Origin: Verrucomicrobiota bacterium
GTDB taxonomy: Bacteria > Verrucomicrobiota > Verrucomicrobiia > Opitutales > Coraliomargaritaceae
NCBI GenBank assembly: GCA_039815375.1
Contig: JBCBZJ010000003.1
Span: 160,001 to 224,000 of the forward strand
DNA: 64,000 nt
Direction: 5' to 3'
Of the stretch, positions 19,956-30,969 are shown one piece after another (the first letter of the stretch is position 1; every line of letters begins with the position of its first letter). Below the pieces are notes generated by a model. That model had not been told where the DNA came from, searched no databases, and worked only from the letters and a program-made list of their open reading frames with translations. The position numbers and the translations under genes were made by a program.

Positions 19956-21350
19956 CTAAATGTTGCCGATCATGGATGCAGGCACCACCCATTCGTCGAA
20001 TTGCTCTTCGGTAAGTAGTTCCAGTGCGATGGCAGCCTCCTTGAGTGAAGTATTTTCGGCGTGTGCCTTTTTGGCGATTTTTGCGGCGTTGTCGTAACCG
20101 ATATGTGGATTCAGTGCCGTCACGAGCATGAGTGAGTTGCGTAGGTGCTCGTCAATACGAGCCTGATTCGGCTCGATGCCGACCGCGCAGTTGTCGTTGA
20201 AAGCCTGACAGGCATCACCCAGCAAGGTTGCGGACTGGAGGAAAGCGTTTACCATGACCGGCTTGTAGACGTTGAGTTCGAAGTGGCCATTGGAGCCGGC
20301 GATAGTGATCGTCGTGTCGTTACCCATGACTTGGCAGCAGACCATGGTAAGGGCTTCGACTTGAGTCGGGTTGACTTTACCCGGCATGATTGAGGAGCCG
20401 GGCTCGTTGGCCGGGATGATGAGCTCGCCGATGCCGGAACGCGGGCCGGAGGCGAGCAGGCGAATGTCGTTGGCAATCTTCATCAGGCTGACTGCGAGCT
20501 GTTTGAGGGCTCCGTGTGATTCGACCATGGCATCGTGCGCTGCAAGGGACTCGAACTTATTTTCCGCAGTAACAAAGGGGAGGCCGGTGAGCTCGGCAAT
20601 TTTGACTGCAACCTTGTCGGCGTAGCCCTTTGGCGCATTGAGTCCGGTGCCGACGGCTGTCCCGCCGAGGGCCAGCTCGGTGAGATGTGGCAGGGTGTTG
20701 GAGAGTGCCTTTAGGCCGTGTTCAAGCTGAGAGACATAGCCGGAGAATTCCTGACCGAGTGTGAGCGGCGTGGCATCCATCCAGTGCGTGCGGCCGATCT
20801 TGACCACATCCTTCATTGCTTCGGCTTTTAGAGCGAGAGTGTCCTTTAATGTGGTGACCTTCGGGATGGTGTCTTCGATCAGCTTTTTGTAAGCAGCGAT
20901 GTGCATCGCGGTGGGAAAGGTGTCATTGGAAGACTGTGATTTGTTGACGTCGTCATTCGGATGAATGGTGCGTTCGCCCTCGCCGAGTGTCCTGCCCTCG
21001 ATCACATGGCAGCGGTTGGCGACCACTTCATTGCAGTTCATATTGCTTTGTGTGCCGGAGCCGGTCTGCCAGACGACAAGGGGAAAGTGGTCGTCGAGTT
21101 CACCGGAGATGACGTCGTCGCAGGCCTTGGCAATGAGCTCGGCCTTCTCCGCCGGAAGGACGCCGAGGTCTTGATTCGTCAGCGCTGCAGCCTTCTTCAG
21201 GTAACCAAAGGCGTGGATGATTTCGATCGGCATGGAAGCAGCCGGACCAATCGGAAAATTCTGAATCGAGCGTTGTGTCTGGGCGCCCCAGAGTTTTTCA
21301 GCAGGCACTTCGACGGCGCCCATCGTGTCTTTTTCAGTGCGAGAGCTCAT
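19956..21350 (-). CDS. fumC: Class II fumarate hydratase
   Basis: [38 protein letters not shown] signature; start moved to 21350. Confidence 0.97.
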   Translation of the reverse strand: MSSRTEKDTMGAVEVPAEKLWGAQTQRSIQNFPIGPAASMPIEIIHAFGYLKKAAALTNQDLGVLPAEKAELIAKACDDVISGELDDHFPLVVWQTGSGTQSNMNCNEVVANRCHVIEGRTLGEGERTIHPNDDVNKSQSSNDTFPTAMHIAAYKKLIEDTIPKVTTLKDTLALKAEAMKDVVKIGRTHWMDATPLTLGQEFSGYVSQLEHGLKALSNTLPHLTELALGGTAVGTGLNAPKGYADKVAVKIAELTGLPFVTAENKFESLAAHDAMVESHGALKQLAVSLMKIANDIRLLASGPRSGIGELIIPANEPGSSIMPGKVNPTQVEALTMVCCQVMGNDTTITIAGSNGHFELNVYKPVMVNAFLQSATLLGDACQAFNDNCAVGIEPNQARIDEHLRNSLMLVTALNPHIGYDNAAKIAKKAHAENTSLKEAAIALELLTEEQFDEWVVPASMIGNI

Positions 21351-21495
21351 GTTTACTTTACTGGATTTCGCTTTAGTTTTGGAGGTGCGGGTATGACCAT
21401 ATGGTCGCTTTTTGCACCGGATCAAACTGCTTTGCGATCATCCGTCGATCCTTAATTGGTGGGACTCGGTAAAGCTGCTGTTTCCTTATACTGAT

Positions 21496-22152
21496 TCACT
21501 GTTTCGGCTTTGCAATGTGCAGTCCGACCAAGCGTGCAATAATGACTGTGAGGTAAATTTGGCCAATGACTGCTTCAACCCCGGAGAGAGATTGGGCAAA
21601 GTTGGAGCGAGGAGCGAGGTCGCCGTAGCCAAGCGTCGTGATTGTGACCAGGCTGAAGTAAACCAATTGAAAAATGTCTTCTCGGTTGCCGGGAAGGTCG
21701 ATGAAACTGTAGGAGCCCGGGACGCAGGCAGCAACGATTCCATGCAGCATGGCAAAAAGGAGCCCAAGCATCAGATAGATGGAAGTGGCGTTCAGGAGAA
21801 CGCGCGTATCGACAGCCTGCGAGGTGAAGATATTCTTAATAAACCTCAGTATGATGTGGCTTAGGAAGAGCCCCATGGTGGCAAGAAAGTATATCGACGC
21901 CAGCATTCTGGAATCGAAAATGACGAACGAGTTGGCGGTGAGGACCGGGATCGCGAACATCGCAGACACGATGTATTGTGAGGTTTTTTCGCAGGCCGCC
22001 CAGATTGCCACACAGACGGTCACAAACAGTGTGATACTCAGAACGAAAGTTGGCGCACCTACACCCTCTACGAGCGGGGTAACAATAAATGAAAGAAGCA
22101 GGACGCTCAGAAGCGCCCAGGATGTAAATTCTCCTTTTTTGAGGTGTGACAT
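21496..22152 (-). CDS. Potassium channel family membrane protein (Ion_trans_2 pore)
   Basis: YFSLVTITTLGYGDL.P selectivity filter; several TMs. Confidence 0.85.
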   Translation of the reverse strand: MSHLKKGEFTSWALLSVLLLSFIVTPLVEGVGAPTFVLSITLFVTVCVAIWAACEKTSQYIVSAMFAIPVLTANSFVIFDSRMLASIYFLATMGLFLSHIILRFIKNIFTSQAVDTRVLLNATSIYLMLGLLFAMLHGIVAACVPGSYSFIDLPGNREDIFQLVYFSLVTITTLGYGDLAPRSNFAQSLSGVEAVIGQIYLTVIIARLVGLHIAKPKQ

Positions 22153-22158
22153 CAGGTT

Positions 22159-25100
22159 CTATCCACCCAGCTTCTCGTATTTGACTCCGAAAAGCAGCGA
22201 ATAGAGCACTGGAACAACCACTAAAGTAAGCACAGTGGCAAAGAGAAGTCCGAACATGACTGCGATTGCAAGGGTTTCGAACATGGGATCCCGGCTAATC
22301 CAAAGCGGGAGCATTCCACCGACGGTTGTCGCGGTTGTGATCAGGATTGGTCTAAGCCTTTGCTGACATGCTTCAATCACGGCCTCGGGAGGCTCGCGAC
22401 CATTTTCATCGAGTTCTATGTTGATGCGGTCGATCAGGACAATCGCGTTGTTGATGATAATTCCCGCAAGCGAAATCACTCCAAGGATGGTAAAGAAACC
22501 AAAAATGGACTGGCCGATCAGTAGGCCGGAAGTGACACCGACCATGCCAAGCGGGATGGTGCAAAGGATGATGAGTGGTTTCTTAACGGAATTGAATTGA
22601 GCGACAAGAAGTAGGATAATCAACATCCCGGAAATCGGTAGCTTTGCAGCAATGGATTCGCTCGCATCTGAAGAAGTTTCCATCTCACCACCCAGTTCAT
22701 AGGAATAGCCGGGAGGCCAGGTCTTCTTATTCTCTTCGAGCCAAGGCAGGAAGGCGGAACTCACCTCGGTAGCGGTCACTCCCGGGAAGTGTTGGGTTCG
22801 CACCGTTATGGTCGGGGAGCGATCCCGCCGTTTGATGAAAGGGAGATCGAAGACGAGATTGATATCGGCGACCTGACCCAATGGCACGGAGATACCGGAA
22901 TTTTGTGAATAGACAGCAAGTGACTCGAGCTTGGAAAAATCCTGACGCTCGTTTGAGATCGAGCGCAGGGTGATCGGGATCGTGTCGTTTCCATCCCGGA
23001 ATTCAGTCATTTCAAGACCGGATAGCCCGGTTTCCAGAGACATGGCTACATCCGAGTTGGTTACACCAGCTCTCTGGGCACGGTCTTCGTTGATTTCAAT
23101 GGCGAATTTCTTCACCCGCTGGCCCCAATCGTCCGAGACTTCACGGACGCCCGGTGTCGCAAGCAGCTCTTTCTTGATCGGGCCGATAATCTCGTAAAGT
23201 GAATCCTTGTCCTCCCCGGAAACCCGAATCTCGATGGGGTAGTCGATCGGAGTGCCGTTCTCCATCTTACGCATCTTTACCTCAAGGTCAGGATAGTTAT
23301 CGGCAACGTAGGATTGCACATCTGTGATGATATCCGAAATCAGATTAAAGTCATCGAGCTGGATGATCATTGCCCCGCGATGGGATGAGGTTGGGTCGGG
23401 CGAAATGGCCAGAACAAAGCGGGGTGTGCCGACGCCGATGAAGCTGAGTATGTCGACGATCCCGCTCTTGTCGTTTTCCAAGTCCGCGCTGTGTTCCTTG
23501 AGCATGTAGGCTTCGATATCTTCCATCATGGCCTGTGTGACCGCAATATCAGTCCCCCGGGGAAAGTCGAATTTCGCATTAATGATAGGATCTCTTCGTT
23601 CCGGGATAAAGACCTGCGGCACGAAGCGGAGAGCCCAAATCGCGACGAAAAAGAGAATCACGACGATGGCGAGTGGTGCGATTTTAAACCGCAGCGAGGG
23701 AAAGAGAAGCCCTCGGTAGAGGCGATACATAAGGCCACTGTAAGGCTCTTTTTTTTCGCTGCCTTCGGCATCTTCCGGAGCTTTTATTTTCATGATCGCG
23801 ATCGTCATGATCGGGATGAAAGTCATGGCGAGAAGCCAGGATGAAAGCAGTGCGATGGTCACGACTTTGAAGATATCCGCTGTGTATTCACCGATGGATG
23901 ACTCCGCTAAAAAGATGGAGAGAAAAGCAGCAGCCGTGGTGAGCGAGGAAATGAGCAGCGGCGTGGCCATTTCGTTGCCCGCTGCGATCGCGGCACGGAC
24001 CTTGTCTTCACCGTTTTCGCGGCGAATCATGATCGCCTCGGCCATCACGATGGCGTTGTCGACCAGAAGACCGAGTGCAATGATAAGTGCTGCCAGCGAA
24101 ATTTGGTTCACCGTAATGCCGAAGTAGGACATCGCGACAAAGGTGACGAGAATCGTCGTCGGTATAAGCGAAGCGACGATCAGCCCGGTCCGAAAACCGA
24201 GAAAAAAGAACATGACGCCCGCAACAATCGCAACGGCTTGTACGAGGTTGTTCATGAAGCTCGATACCGACTCCTCCACGAGCTTGGGCTGTGAGAAAAC
24301 TTTCTTTAGGGTGACGCCCAGTGGATATTTCGCTTCGATGCCCGGGACGACGGCATCGAGTTGTTCATTCAGTTTTAGGATATCGCCTCCATCACGAAGT
24401 GAAATCGCAAGGACGAGGGCCCCGTTTCCATTGTATCGAGTCAACGATTCCGGTGGGTCGACGTAGTCGCGCCGGATCGTCGTCAAGTCGCCCAAAGAAG
24501 CGAATCCGCCGCTTGGCAGTGCAATAACGGTCTCACTGAGTGCCTTGAGTGATTCCAGGTTGCCCGACGGTTCGAGCACGATCCGCTCATTGCCAAAGCG
24601 TATATCGCCGCCGCTTTCGAGGATATTCGAGCTGGACAGAATGGCGCTTAATGCCGACGGCGTCAGGCCGGTTTGCTGCAGTTGAGTGCCATTGTATTCA
24701 ACGAAGATGACTTCATCCTGGTCCCCATGTATTTCTACTTTTGCAACATCCGGCAGCTTGAGTAGGTCGTTACGCATGGCTTCTGCGATTTCCGACATCT
24801 CGGCTTCCGAGAAGCCCTCGCCTGCAAGGGCGTAGAGGATTCCATAGACATCGCCATACTCATCGTTGACGAAAGGGCCGAAGGTTCCCGAGGGCAGACC
24901 TCCTTCGTCTTTCAAGTCCTCGACCTTGCGCCTGAGCTTATCAAAAAGCGGGCGCATGTCTTTGTATTTTTCGAGGAAGGAAACAGTGATGATCGAGACG
25001 CCGCTCCGTGACTTGCTGGTGACATAATCAAGCTCGGGAATTTCCTGGATAACTTCCTCGATTTGATCGGAAACCAGTAACTCCACTTTCTCCGCACTGG

Positions 25101-25299
25101 CACCTGGGAAATTCGTGACGACCTGCGCCGAGCGAATAATGAAGCCCGGGTCCTGCTGCTTGGGCATACTCTTGTAGCTTGTAACTCCTGAAAGAAGCAG
25201 GAGCGCTACAATGACGAGGACGGTGACGCTATTGCGCACAGCGAAGCCGGTCAGTCCGCCTGCCTCCGATTTTTCCGGCTTTGAAGCTTCGTCAGTCAT
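22159..25299 (-). CDS. RND efflux permease (AcrB/AcrD/AcrF family)
   Basis: FPGAS.E.VE, ALGLLVDNAIV, GIIINNAIVLID, RLRPILIT. Confidence 0.95.
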   Translation of the reverse strand: MTDEASKPEKSEAGGLTGFAVRNSVTVLVIVALLLLSGVTSYKSMPKQQDPGFIIRSAQVVTNFPGASAEKVELLVSDQIEEVIQEIPELDYVTSKSRSGVSIITVSFLEKYKDMRPLFDKLRRKVEDLKDEGGLPSGTFGPFVNDEYGDVYGILYALAGEGFSEAEMSEIAEAMRNDLLKLPDVAKVEIHGDQDEVIFVEYNGTQLQQTGLTPSALSAILSSSNILESGGDIRFGNERIVLEPSGNLESLKALSETVIALPSGGFASLGDLTTIRRDYVDPPESLTRYNGNGALVLAISLRDGGDILKLNEQLDAVVPGIEAKYPLGVTLKKVFSQPKLVEESVSSFMNNLVQAVAIVAGVMFFFLGFRTGLIVASLIPTTILVTFVAMSYFGITVNQISLAALIIALGLLVDNAIVMAEAIMIRRENGEDKVRAAIAAGNEMATPLLISSLTTAAAFLSIFLAESSIGEYTADIFKVVTIALLSSWLLAMTFIPIMTIAIMKIKAPEDAEGSEKKEPYSGLMYRLYRGLLFPSLRFKIAPLAIVVILFFVAIWALRFVPQVFIPERRDPIINAKFDFPRGTDIAVTQAMMEDIEAYMLKEHSADLENDKSGIVDILSFIGVGTPRFVLAISPDPTSSHRGAMIIQLDDFNLISDIITDVQSYVADNYPDLEVKMRKMENGTPIDYPIEIRVSGEDKDSLYEIIGPIKKELLATPGVREVSDDWGQRVKKFAIEINEDRAQRAGVTNSDVAMSLETGLSGLEMTEFRDGNDTIPITLRSISNERQDFSKLESLAVYSQNSGISVPLGQVADINLVFDLPFIKRRDRSPTITVRTQHFPGVTATEVSSAFLPWLEENKKTWPPGYSYELGGEMETSSDASESIAAKLPISGMLIILLLVAQFNSVKKPLIILCTIPLGMVGVTSGLLIGQSIFGFFTILGVISLAGIIINNAIVLIDRINIELDENGREPPEAVIEACQQRLRPILITTATTVGGMLPLWISRDPMFETLAIAVMFGLLFATVLTLVVVPVLYSLLFGVKYEKLGG

Positions 25300-25300
25300 C

Positions 25301-26434
25301 CTAGAATTTCACCTCCATACCTTCGCGAAGGAAGGATATGCCGGCAGTGACGATCCGAGTGCCGGGTTCCAGTCCAGAGAGAATTTGGAATCCTTCTTCC
25401 TCCGAGAAGCTTCCTACTTCGACTGACTGGCGACTGACTGTTGCCAGATCGTCGCTCTGCGACTGTATGACATAGACGAAGCGACCGTCCGCATCTTCCG
25501 ACAGGGCGGAGGAGGGCACGGTAATGGAGCTTTGTGCCCGTTTTATCCTGATGATAACATCCGCCGAGAGTCCGGCTTGAAGTTCCGAGGTGCGCGGGTC
25601 CGTAATCAAGGCTGAGACGGGAAAAGTCGTGCTGCCGTCAACGGCCGAGACGCCCACTTCATTGATCATCGCCGTAAATGTTTCGTTGCCTCTGGCATCG
25701 ACGCGCACGGTAGCGGCCATACCTTGGCTGATGTTCGAAATCTGGCTTTCGGGAATGTCAATCTGCGCTTCCAGAGTATCGCCGCAGTTTGCCTGGATCA
25801 GGACCTCTCCCATCTGGACGTTTTCTCCGATCTCCGCATTCACGCTGGCAACGCCGCAATTATCTTCCGCGACCAGTTTGGTGTAGCTTACGTCGAGTTC
25901 CGCGAGCTCAAGTGCCTGCGTTGAGGCCTCCACATTGGCTATTGTTGAATCGGCCTCTGCCTGCGCATTCTCCAGTTCGTTAAGCGAGGAGTTCCCATCG
26001 GCGTAGAGCTTCTTGATACGCTCCAGATTTGAAGTTGCGTTTCGTGCGTTGGCTTTGGCCTCGGCGAGGGTCGCCTCTGCTTGCTTCGCGGCCAGTTTGT
26101 AAATCGCAGGATCCAATTCAGCAAGTATGTCACCCTTCTTGAAGCTATCCCCAATCTGCACATTGACGCGAGCGATCGTGCCGCTGACTTTGAAACTCAG
26201 ATTCGTCTCCTGCGTCGAATGAATTTTCCCCGAGAAAGTCCTCTGAAAAGTATCCGCATCTTGAGTCACGGTTACGCTTCGAACCATTCTTGGAGGAGCG
26301 GACTGTGCGGCGTTCTGGTCCCCCGAGCAGCCGGAAAACCAGCCGGCCAGAGTGAGCCATGCAAGTGCCGGAAGGATAAGAGCTATGGTGTTTTTTTTCA
26401 CGGTGAGTATGTTGGTTAATTCAAGGCGCGGCAC
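25301..26434 (-). CDS. RND membrane fusion (adaptor) lipoprotein
   Basis: FSGC lipobox-like; LSFKVSG.I, G.ILAELD, coiled coil, ILSGL.PG..IVTAG; exact start uncertain. Confidence 0.9.
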   Translation of the reverse strand: MPRLELTNILTVKKNTIALILPALAWLTLAGWFSGCSGDQNAAQSAPPRMVRSVTVTQDADTFQRTFSGKIHSTQETNLSFKVSGTIARVNVQIGDSFKKGDILAELDPAIYKLAAKQAEATLAEAKANARNATSNLERIKKLYADGNSSLNELENAQAEADSTIANVEASTQALELAELDVSYTKLVAEDNCGVASVNAEIGENVQMGEVLIQANCGDTLEAQIDIPESQISNISQGMAATVRVDARGNETFTAMINEVGVSAVDGSTTFPVSALITDPRTSELQAGLSADVIIRIKRAQSSITVPSSALSEDADGRFVYVIQSQSDDLATVSRQSVEVGSFSEEEGFQILSGLEPGTRIVTAGISFLREGMEVKF

Positions 26435-28823
26435 GGCGTCGGATTTCAGACCCGATCTCTTCTAGTTCGTCTTCGGTGAGGAAAAAATCAAAAGCCCCGA
26501 CGGCCCGCTGCAGATTCATCAGGTCAACGAGAAAGGCATAGACGGCATTGGCGTTGTTTTCACGCGCACTGATCAGCGCATCCCGGGCGTCGAGAACAGT
26601 CGTGATGCCGACGGTGCCCTGCTCGTATGAATTTGTCACCAGATCAAAGTTGTTCTCGGATGCTTCGAGGGCGTCTTGAGCCAGCTCGATCGATGCATAG
26701 GAGGCGTTGGCGGATTCTGCCTCATTTCGGACATTCAGTTCGATGACGGTTTTCTGCTCGTTCCGGAGCGTCTCGAGCTGGCGGATGATGAGCCGGGCCT
26801 GCCGGTTTTCTGCAAGTCGGCTCCCGCCTTCGAAGACGGGAAAGGACAATTCGACTCCGACAAACCAGTCGTTGTCCTCGGCTGGAATCCCACCTGGTGC
26901 ACGGTTTTCGTCGAGGTTGTAGGTTGCCTCTGCGGTTAAACTCAAATCCGGAACGTAAAAATCGCGGCGCAGACTCTTCAATTGCCTTTCTGCTGCCTTG
27001 ATTTCAGCATCCAATTGTCTCAGCTCAGGAGAATTGGATCGCGCCAATTCGGCGAAAAAATCGATCATCGAATTAAGCGCATAGCGATTTACAATCAGGT
27101 CTCGAATGGCGCCGTCGCTGATCAGCAGGCTGGGGTTTTCGAGGGACTCCTTGGTGGTGCGAAACGGCGCATCAACCGGACGATTCAGAAGCTGGTTTAG
27201 AGACTGTCGACTTTGTGTGAGTGAGGATCGCGCATCCAGAAGCGCCTGCTTGGCAAGGGCTATCTCGCTTTGCCACCGAAAGAGATCGGATGCATCGGTT
27301 GAGCCGGCGTCGACCCGGCTTTGGGCGAGATCGAGATTTTGCCGTGTGATCTCAAGGTTGAAGCGCTCCTGCTCGAAGGAAGATTCAGCGAGAAGAACAT
27401 TCAGGTATGTCGTAACGGCGGACTGGACAATGTCGAGCGAGGTCTCTCGAAGGGCTTCTTGCTGAGCCAGCAGATTCAGTTTTTGGATCGAATAGTTGGC
27501 CCAGGTTTCTTCAACGAAAAGTGGTTGTGAAAGCTGTATTGCCGCATCCGTGGAATCTTCAGCGAGAGTCCCGGCGTCCGTGCTGGCGGTGCGCTTGCGA
27601 TCCGTGTAGCTCAGGGAGGATGAGACGGTGGGAAGCAGGTCACCTAATGAGATGCGGACGTCTTCAACGGCTTGCTCTGTTTCCAGGGCCTCGGAGGCAA
27701 GAATGAGGTTGTTTTCTATGGCGATCAGCGCAACGGATTGAAGCGAGAACAGTGGTCCTTCTTGCGCATAATCTTCGTTGAGAAGCTTCGCATCGCTGAG
27801 GACATCAAAAGTCGGCGAATATCGAATTTGACGTGAAGTTTCCATGTTGAGGATCAGGCGTGAAGGAGCCTCGTAAAATACTTCGAGTTCGGACGCTGGT
27901 TTCCCAAGTAGCACGTCACGAACGTTCAAGGCATTTAGACGTGCGAGTTGTTGCTCATTGGTTTTGGGCTGATTTCCCGCAAGCACTCCGCGCTCGACGA
28001 ACGACTCGCCGACCACCGAAAAAGTGAACAGGCCGCGCTGATTCAGATCTAAAATGAGTTCATTGATGGCCTCTTCGGAAACGCTTGGAAAAGCACCGAT
28101 GATTGCCGTATCTATATCCTCCGGAAGTTTGTCGAGCAGTTCAGCTGATGAGCCGTCAAGCTCGATGAAGGTCAGGGTCAAGCCGAGCGTCTCTGCATCG
28201 CGAATCGCCTGATCAATGAGTTTGTTGTCAAGGCTCTGCCGCACAACCGGATCAACAATAAAAGCCGCGCGATCGAAGATGGCGACACTTTGGAAGGACT
28301 GGAGCTCCTGGAGAAAATCAAATTCCCGCGTCAGATAGCTGAGATTGTCGGTTCCGCTGGACCTGTCTGAAAGAGGGAAGCCCTGAGCTTGAGCACTGAT
28401 CACAAGTGGCAGAAAAGTGGGTTTCGGGTAGCTCGGGAGCAATCCTCCCAACTGATTGGCCGGAAGATCCAAAACCACGACCAGATCGTGCTCAGGTTGG
28501 GCGTAAATCTCGTTAAGTGTTGTTTGAAGTGACGCTATATTGACTGGGTTATCCAGGCGGTAGACCTTAAAATCGACTTTATACCGGCCTTCAAAAATTG
28601 CGACCAGTTCCTCTTTGAAGACCTCGCTCTCACTACCGGAGCCCTGCGTTCCGGCAGGACTTTCAACAACAGCGATGTTGAGCGGTTCTACCGACTGTGC
28701 CGTTGAATTTGCCGCGAAAGATAGAAATACAAGAAGCAGGCAAACAAACCGAAACGTTTGATGGCACGAGGCTAGCCGTTCGTTCTCTTTGAACATAAGG
28801 TTGATTCGATCAAAAATGCACAT
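26421..28823 (-). CDS. TolC-family outer membrane protein fused to an N-terminal ABC substrate-binding-like domain
   Basis: C-terminal ~440 aa OEP repeats (ALIAIENN, FPVFEGG, YEQG...TVLDA); N-terminal half ends in LILNMETSRQI like ABC_sub_bind. Confidence 0.8.
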   Translation of the reverse strand: MCIFDRINLMFKENERLASCHQTFRFVCLLLVFLSFAANSTAQSVEPLNIAVVESPAGTQGSGSESEVFKEELVAIFEGRYKVDFKVYRLDNPVNIASLQTTLNEIYAQPEHDLVVVLDLPANQLGGLLPSYPKPTFLPLVISAQAQGFPLSDRSSGTDNLSYLTREFDFLQELQSFQSVAIFDRAAFIVDPVVRQSLDNKLIDQAIRDAETLGLTLTFIELDGSSAELLDKLPEDIDTAIIGAFPSVSEEAINELILDLNQRGLFTFSVVGESFVERGVLAGNQPKTNEQQLARLNALNVRDVLLGKPASELEVFYEAPSRLILNMETSRQIRYSPTFDVLSDAKLLNEDYAQEGPLFSLQSVALIAIENNLILASEALETEQAVEDVRISLGDLLPTVSSSLSYTDRKRTASTDAGTLAEDSTDAAIQLSQPLFVEETWANYSIQKLNLLAQQEALRETSLDIVQSAVTTYLNVLLAESSFEQERFNLEITRQNLDLAQSRVDAGSTDASDLFRWQSEIALAKQALLDARSSLTQSRQSLNQLLNRPVDAPFRTTKESLENPSLLISDGAIRDLIVNRYALNSMIDFFAELARSNSPELRQLDAEIKAAERQLKSLRRDFYVPDLSLTAEATYNLDENRAPGGIPAEDNDWFVGVELSFPVFEGGSRLAENRQARLIIRQLETLRNEQKTVIELNVRNEAESANASYASIELAQDALEASENNFDLVTNSYEQGTVGITTVLDARDALISARENNANAVYAFLVDLMNLQRAVGAFDFFLTEDELEEIGSEIRRRAAP

Positions 28824-29247
28824 CTGACGTTATGTTACGATTACATTCCCGGGTTGTCACTGATCGTAACTGGAATTTTATTCATAACTTTGATTGAGCT
28901 GGTTCAGGTTCTTCAAAGTATTTAAGGGTGACGATTTTGGAGCTATTCGCGATCTACCTTTAACCGGACATTCTAGATTTTGCAGTATGAACGATGGATG
29001 CGACTTCACAAGTTGAGCATTTCATCCGCCATTTGGGAATTTTTTTCGCTAATCTCTTGAGGATTGCAGATCGTATCAGTCAACCGGGGCAGCCCAGAAA
29101 GTTGATTTGTTAACATCGTTCGGAGTCGAACACTTATTTCGCTGAGCGGTTGCCTCGTTAACGATGAACTTCCGGGTTTACGTTGATCTGCGCCGGCGAT
29201 GGATGAAGCGGGAACGGGCTAAAGATTCAGTCGTTTTGGAGGCTTGG

Positions 29248-29556
29248 CTAAGCGTCATCTTTGAGCGCCTTCTTGGCGGCCTTCGACATCTTGATCATCG
29301 TCATATGTGCGTCGTGTCCGGATTCAAGTTGGTGGTCGAAGGCGATTACCAGCTCTTCTTCGCCGACTGCTGTGTTGATCTTAAGCTGCATTTCGGTGGG
29401 CTTCACATCGACCAGAGTGGCCGAGGTGGCGGCCGGGCGCTTGCCAAAGTGCTGTGCGTAGGCGAGCACGGAGTCGGCGTGATCGTCGTTCATGTGCTCG
29501 ATCATGCGGGCGACGTCACTGGAAGAGAAGGGGGGTGTTTGGTCTTCGGCGGACAT
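29248..29556 (-). CDS. DUF2470 domain protein (heme-oxygenase associated)
   Basis: RMIEHMNDDHADSV..YA motif; start moved to MSAEDQ (29556). Confidence 0.88.
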   Translation of the reverse strand: MSAEDQTPPFSSSDVARMIEHMNDDHADSVLAYAQHFGKRPAATSATLVDVKPTEMQLKINTAVGEEELVIAFDHQLESGHDAHMTMIKMSKAAKKALKDDA

Positions 29557-29558
29557 TT

Positions 29559-30137
29559 TTATTTTTCCTTGGTGTGAGCTTCCTTGCGATGGGCGATGCC
29601 CTTGCCGGCGACGTGAGTGATCTCGTCCATGGCTGAACCTGTCACATCGTAGGCCTTTCCGAAGCCGAGGACGAGGCGGGCAAAGCTGGGCTCGAGGCGG
29701 AAGAGGTGGAAGTCCTCCATGGTTTTGAGAAATCCGATCATCTTTCCGAACTTCTCTTCGAAGTGGAGCATGACTTTTTCCCATTCTTCGTTGTGGCGCT
29801 CGATCTGGGTTGCGGTGCAGGTAAAAGTTACGCGTTTGCGGGCGAAGAGATTTTCGCAGGTGCCTTCGTCCTCGATGATCATGACGGAGGCCTTGCCGGT
29901 ATCCATGAGGTTTGAAGTGTGGGCGGAAAGCTCGCTGACGTGGACGTAGAAGTGTCGCTTCTCGTCAAGAACCGAGGGGGAGTAGCTGGCCTCGGGGACG
30001 CCGTCCGGCGTAGTGGTTCCGAGTTGGACGGATTGAAAGCCTTCGAGCAGGGCCTGATAGCCCTCGTGTGCTTTTTCAAATTCCGGATCAATTTTAGTGG
30101 CACCGGTGGCCATCGCTTCGAGTTTGCTGTTTTCCAT
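29559..30137 (-). CDS. HugZ/HutZ-family heme-degrading protein (PNPOx-like split barrel)
   Basis: LGT..PDG.PEASYSP, SELSAHT.NL, IIEDE...NLFARKR, DFHLFRL.P...RLVLGFGKAY; start moved to MENSK. Confidence 0.88.
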   Translation of the reverse strand: MENSKLEAMATGATKIDPEFEKAHEGYQALLEGFQSVQLGTTTPDGVPEASYSPSVLDEKRHFYVHVSELSAHTSNLMDTGKASVMIIEDEGTCENLFARKRVTFTCTATQIERHNEEWEKVMLHFEEKFGKMIGFLKTMEDFHLFRLEPSFARLVLGFGKAYDVTGSAMDEITHVAGKGIAHRKEAHTKEK

Positions 30138-30156
30138 GGTGTGTTTGCTGGATGAT

Positions 30157-30969
30157 TTAGTCGTAAGTTTGGGGTTTCGCGGGTGGTCCGTCAACGGCGA
30201 GTAGGCAGTGGCCCTCGGATTCGATCCAGCGGGCTTGCACGTGGTAAACCTCGCGGATCAGTTCCGGGGTGAGAATTTCCTTGGGCTCGCCGCGATTGAA
30301 AACGCGGCCCTCGTGCATAACGGTGACAGTGCGCGCATAGCGCATGGCCTGATTGAGATCGTGCAGGACCATGAGGACGGCGGCGCCGGCTTCGGCCCAT
30401 TCGTTTGCGATGTCAAAGACCAGTTGCTGGAAAGTAAGGTCAAGGCTTGCAGTAGGCTCGTCGAGCAGGAGGACTCGACCTTCGGGTTGCTCGAGCTGCG
30501 CAAGGACTCTTGCCAGATGCACGCGTTGCTTCTCGCCGCCGGAAAGGTGAAGGTAGCCTTCGTCGATCCGGGCCAGGAGGCCGACTTTGTCAAGTGCGGC
30601 TTCCACGGCAACTTTGGTGGCCGCGTCGCTTTCCCGGTGAGGGTGGCGCCCGAGACTCACCACCTCTCGAATCGTGAAGGGAAAGGCAAGCGAAGAGGAC
30701 TGGGGAAGGCAGGCCCGACGGGTTGCCAGTTCGATGCTGTCGTAGTCGGCAAAAGCTTTGCCATCAAGCGTGATGGTGCCTGCGTCGAGTATGGTTTCCC
30801 CGGTAAGCGCGCGGAGCAAGGTGCTCTTGCCGGCGCCGTTGGGACCGACAATTACGTCGAGCGAACCGGGCAGCAATGAAAGTTCGATTTCCTCGATCAG
30901 GACTTTCCCCTCGGCAATGACGGTCAGCCCCTTCGCGTTTAAAAGGCAACTCTGCTCCGGGTTCTTCAT
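30157..30969 (-). CDS. hmuV: Heme ABC transporter ATP-binding protein
   Basis: GPNGAGKST, LPQSSSLAFPF, LSGGEKQRVHLARVLAQL, LLLDEPT. Confidence 0.92.
   Translation of the reverse strand: MKNPEQSCLLNAKGLTVIAEGKVLIEEIELSLLPGSLDVIVGPNGAGKSTLLRALTGETILDAGTITLDGKAFADYDSIELATRRACLPQSSSLAFPFTIREVVSLGRHPHRESDAATKVAVEAALDKVGLLARIDEGYLHLSGGEKQRVHLARVLAQLEQPEGRVLLLDEPTASLDLTFQQLVFDIANEWAEAGAAVLMVLHDLNQAMRYARTVTVMHEGRVFNRGEPKEILTPELIREVYHVQARWIESEGHCLLAVDGPPAKPQTYD

Noticed and set aside
29557..29784. N-terminal extension of the DUF2470 ORF
   Set aside because: Out-of-frame overlap with the HugZ-like gene; the real start is likely 29556
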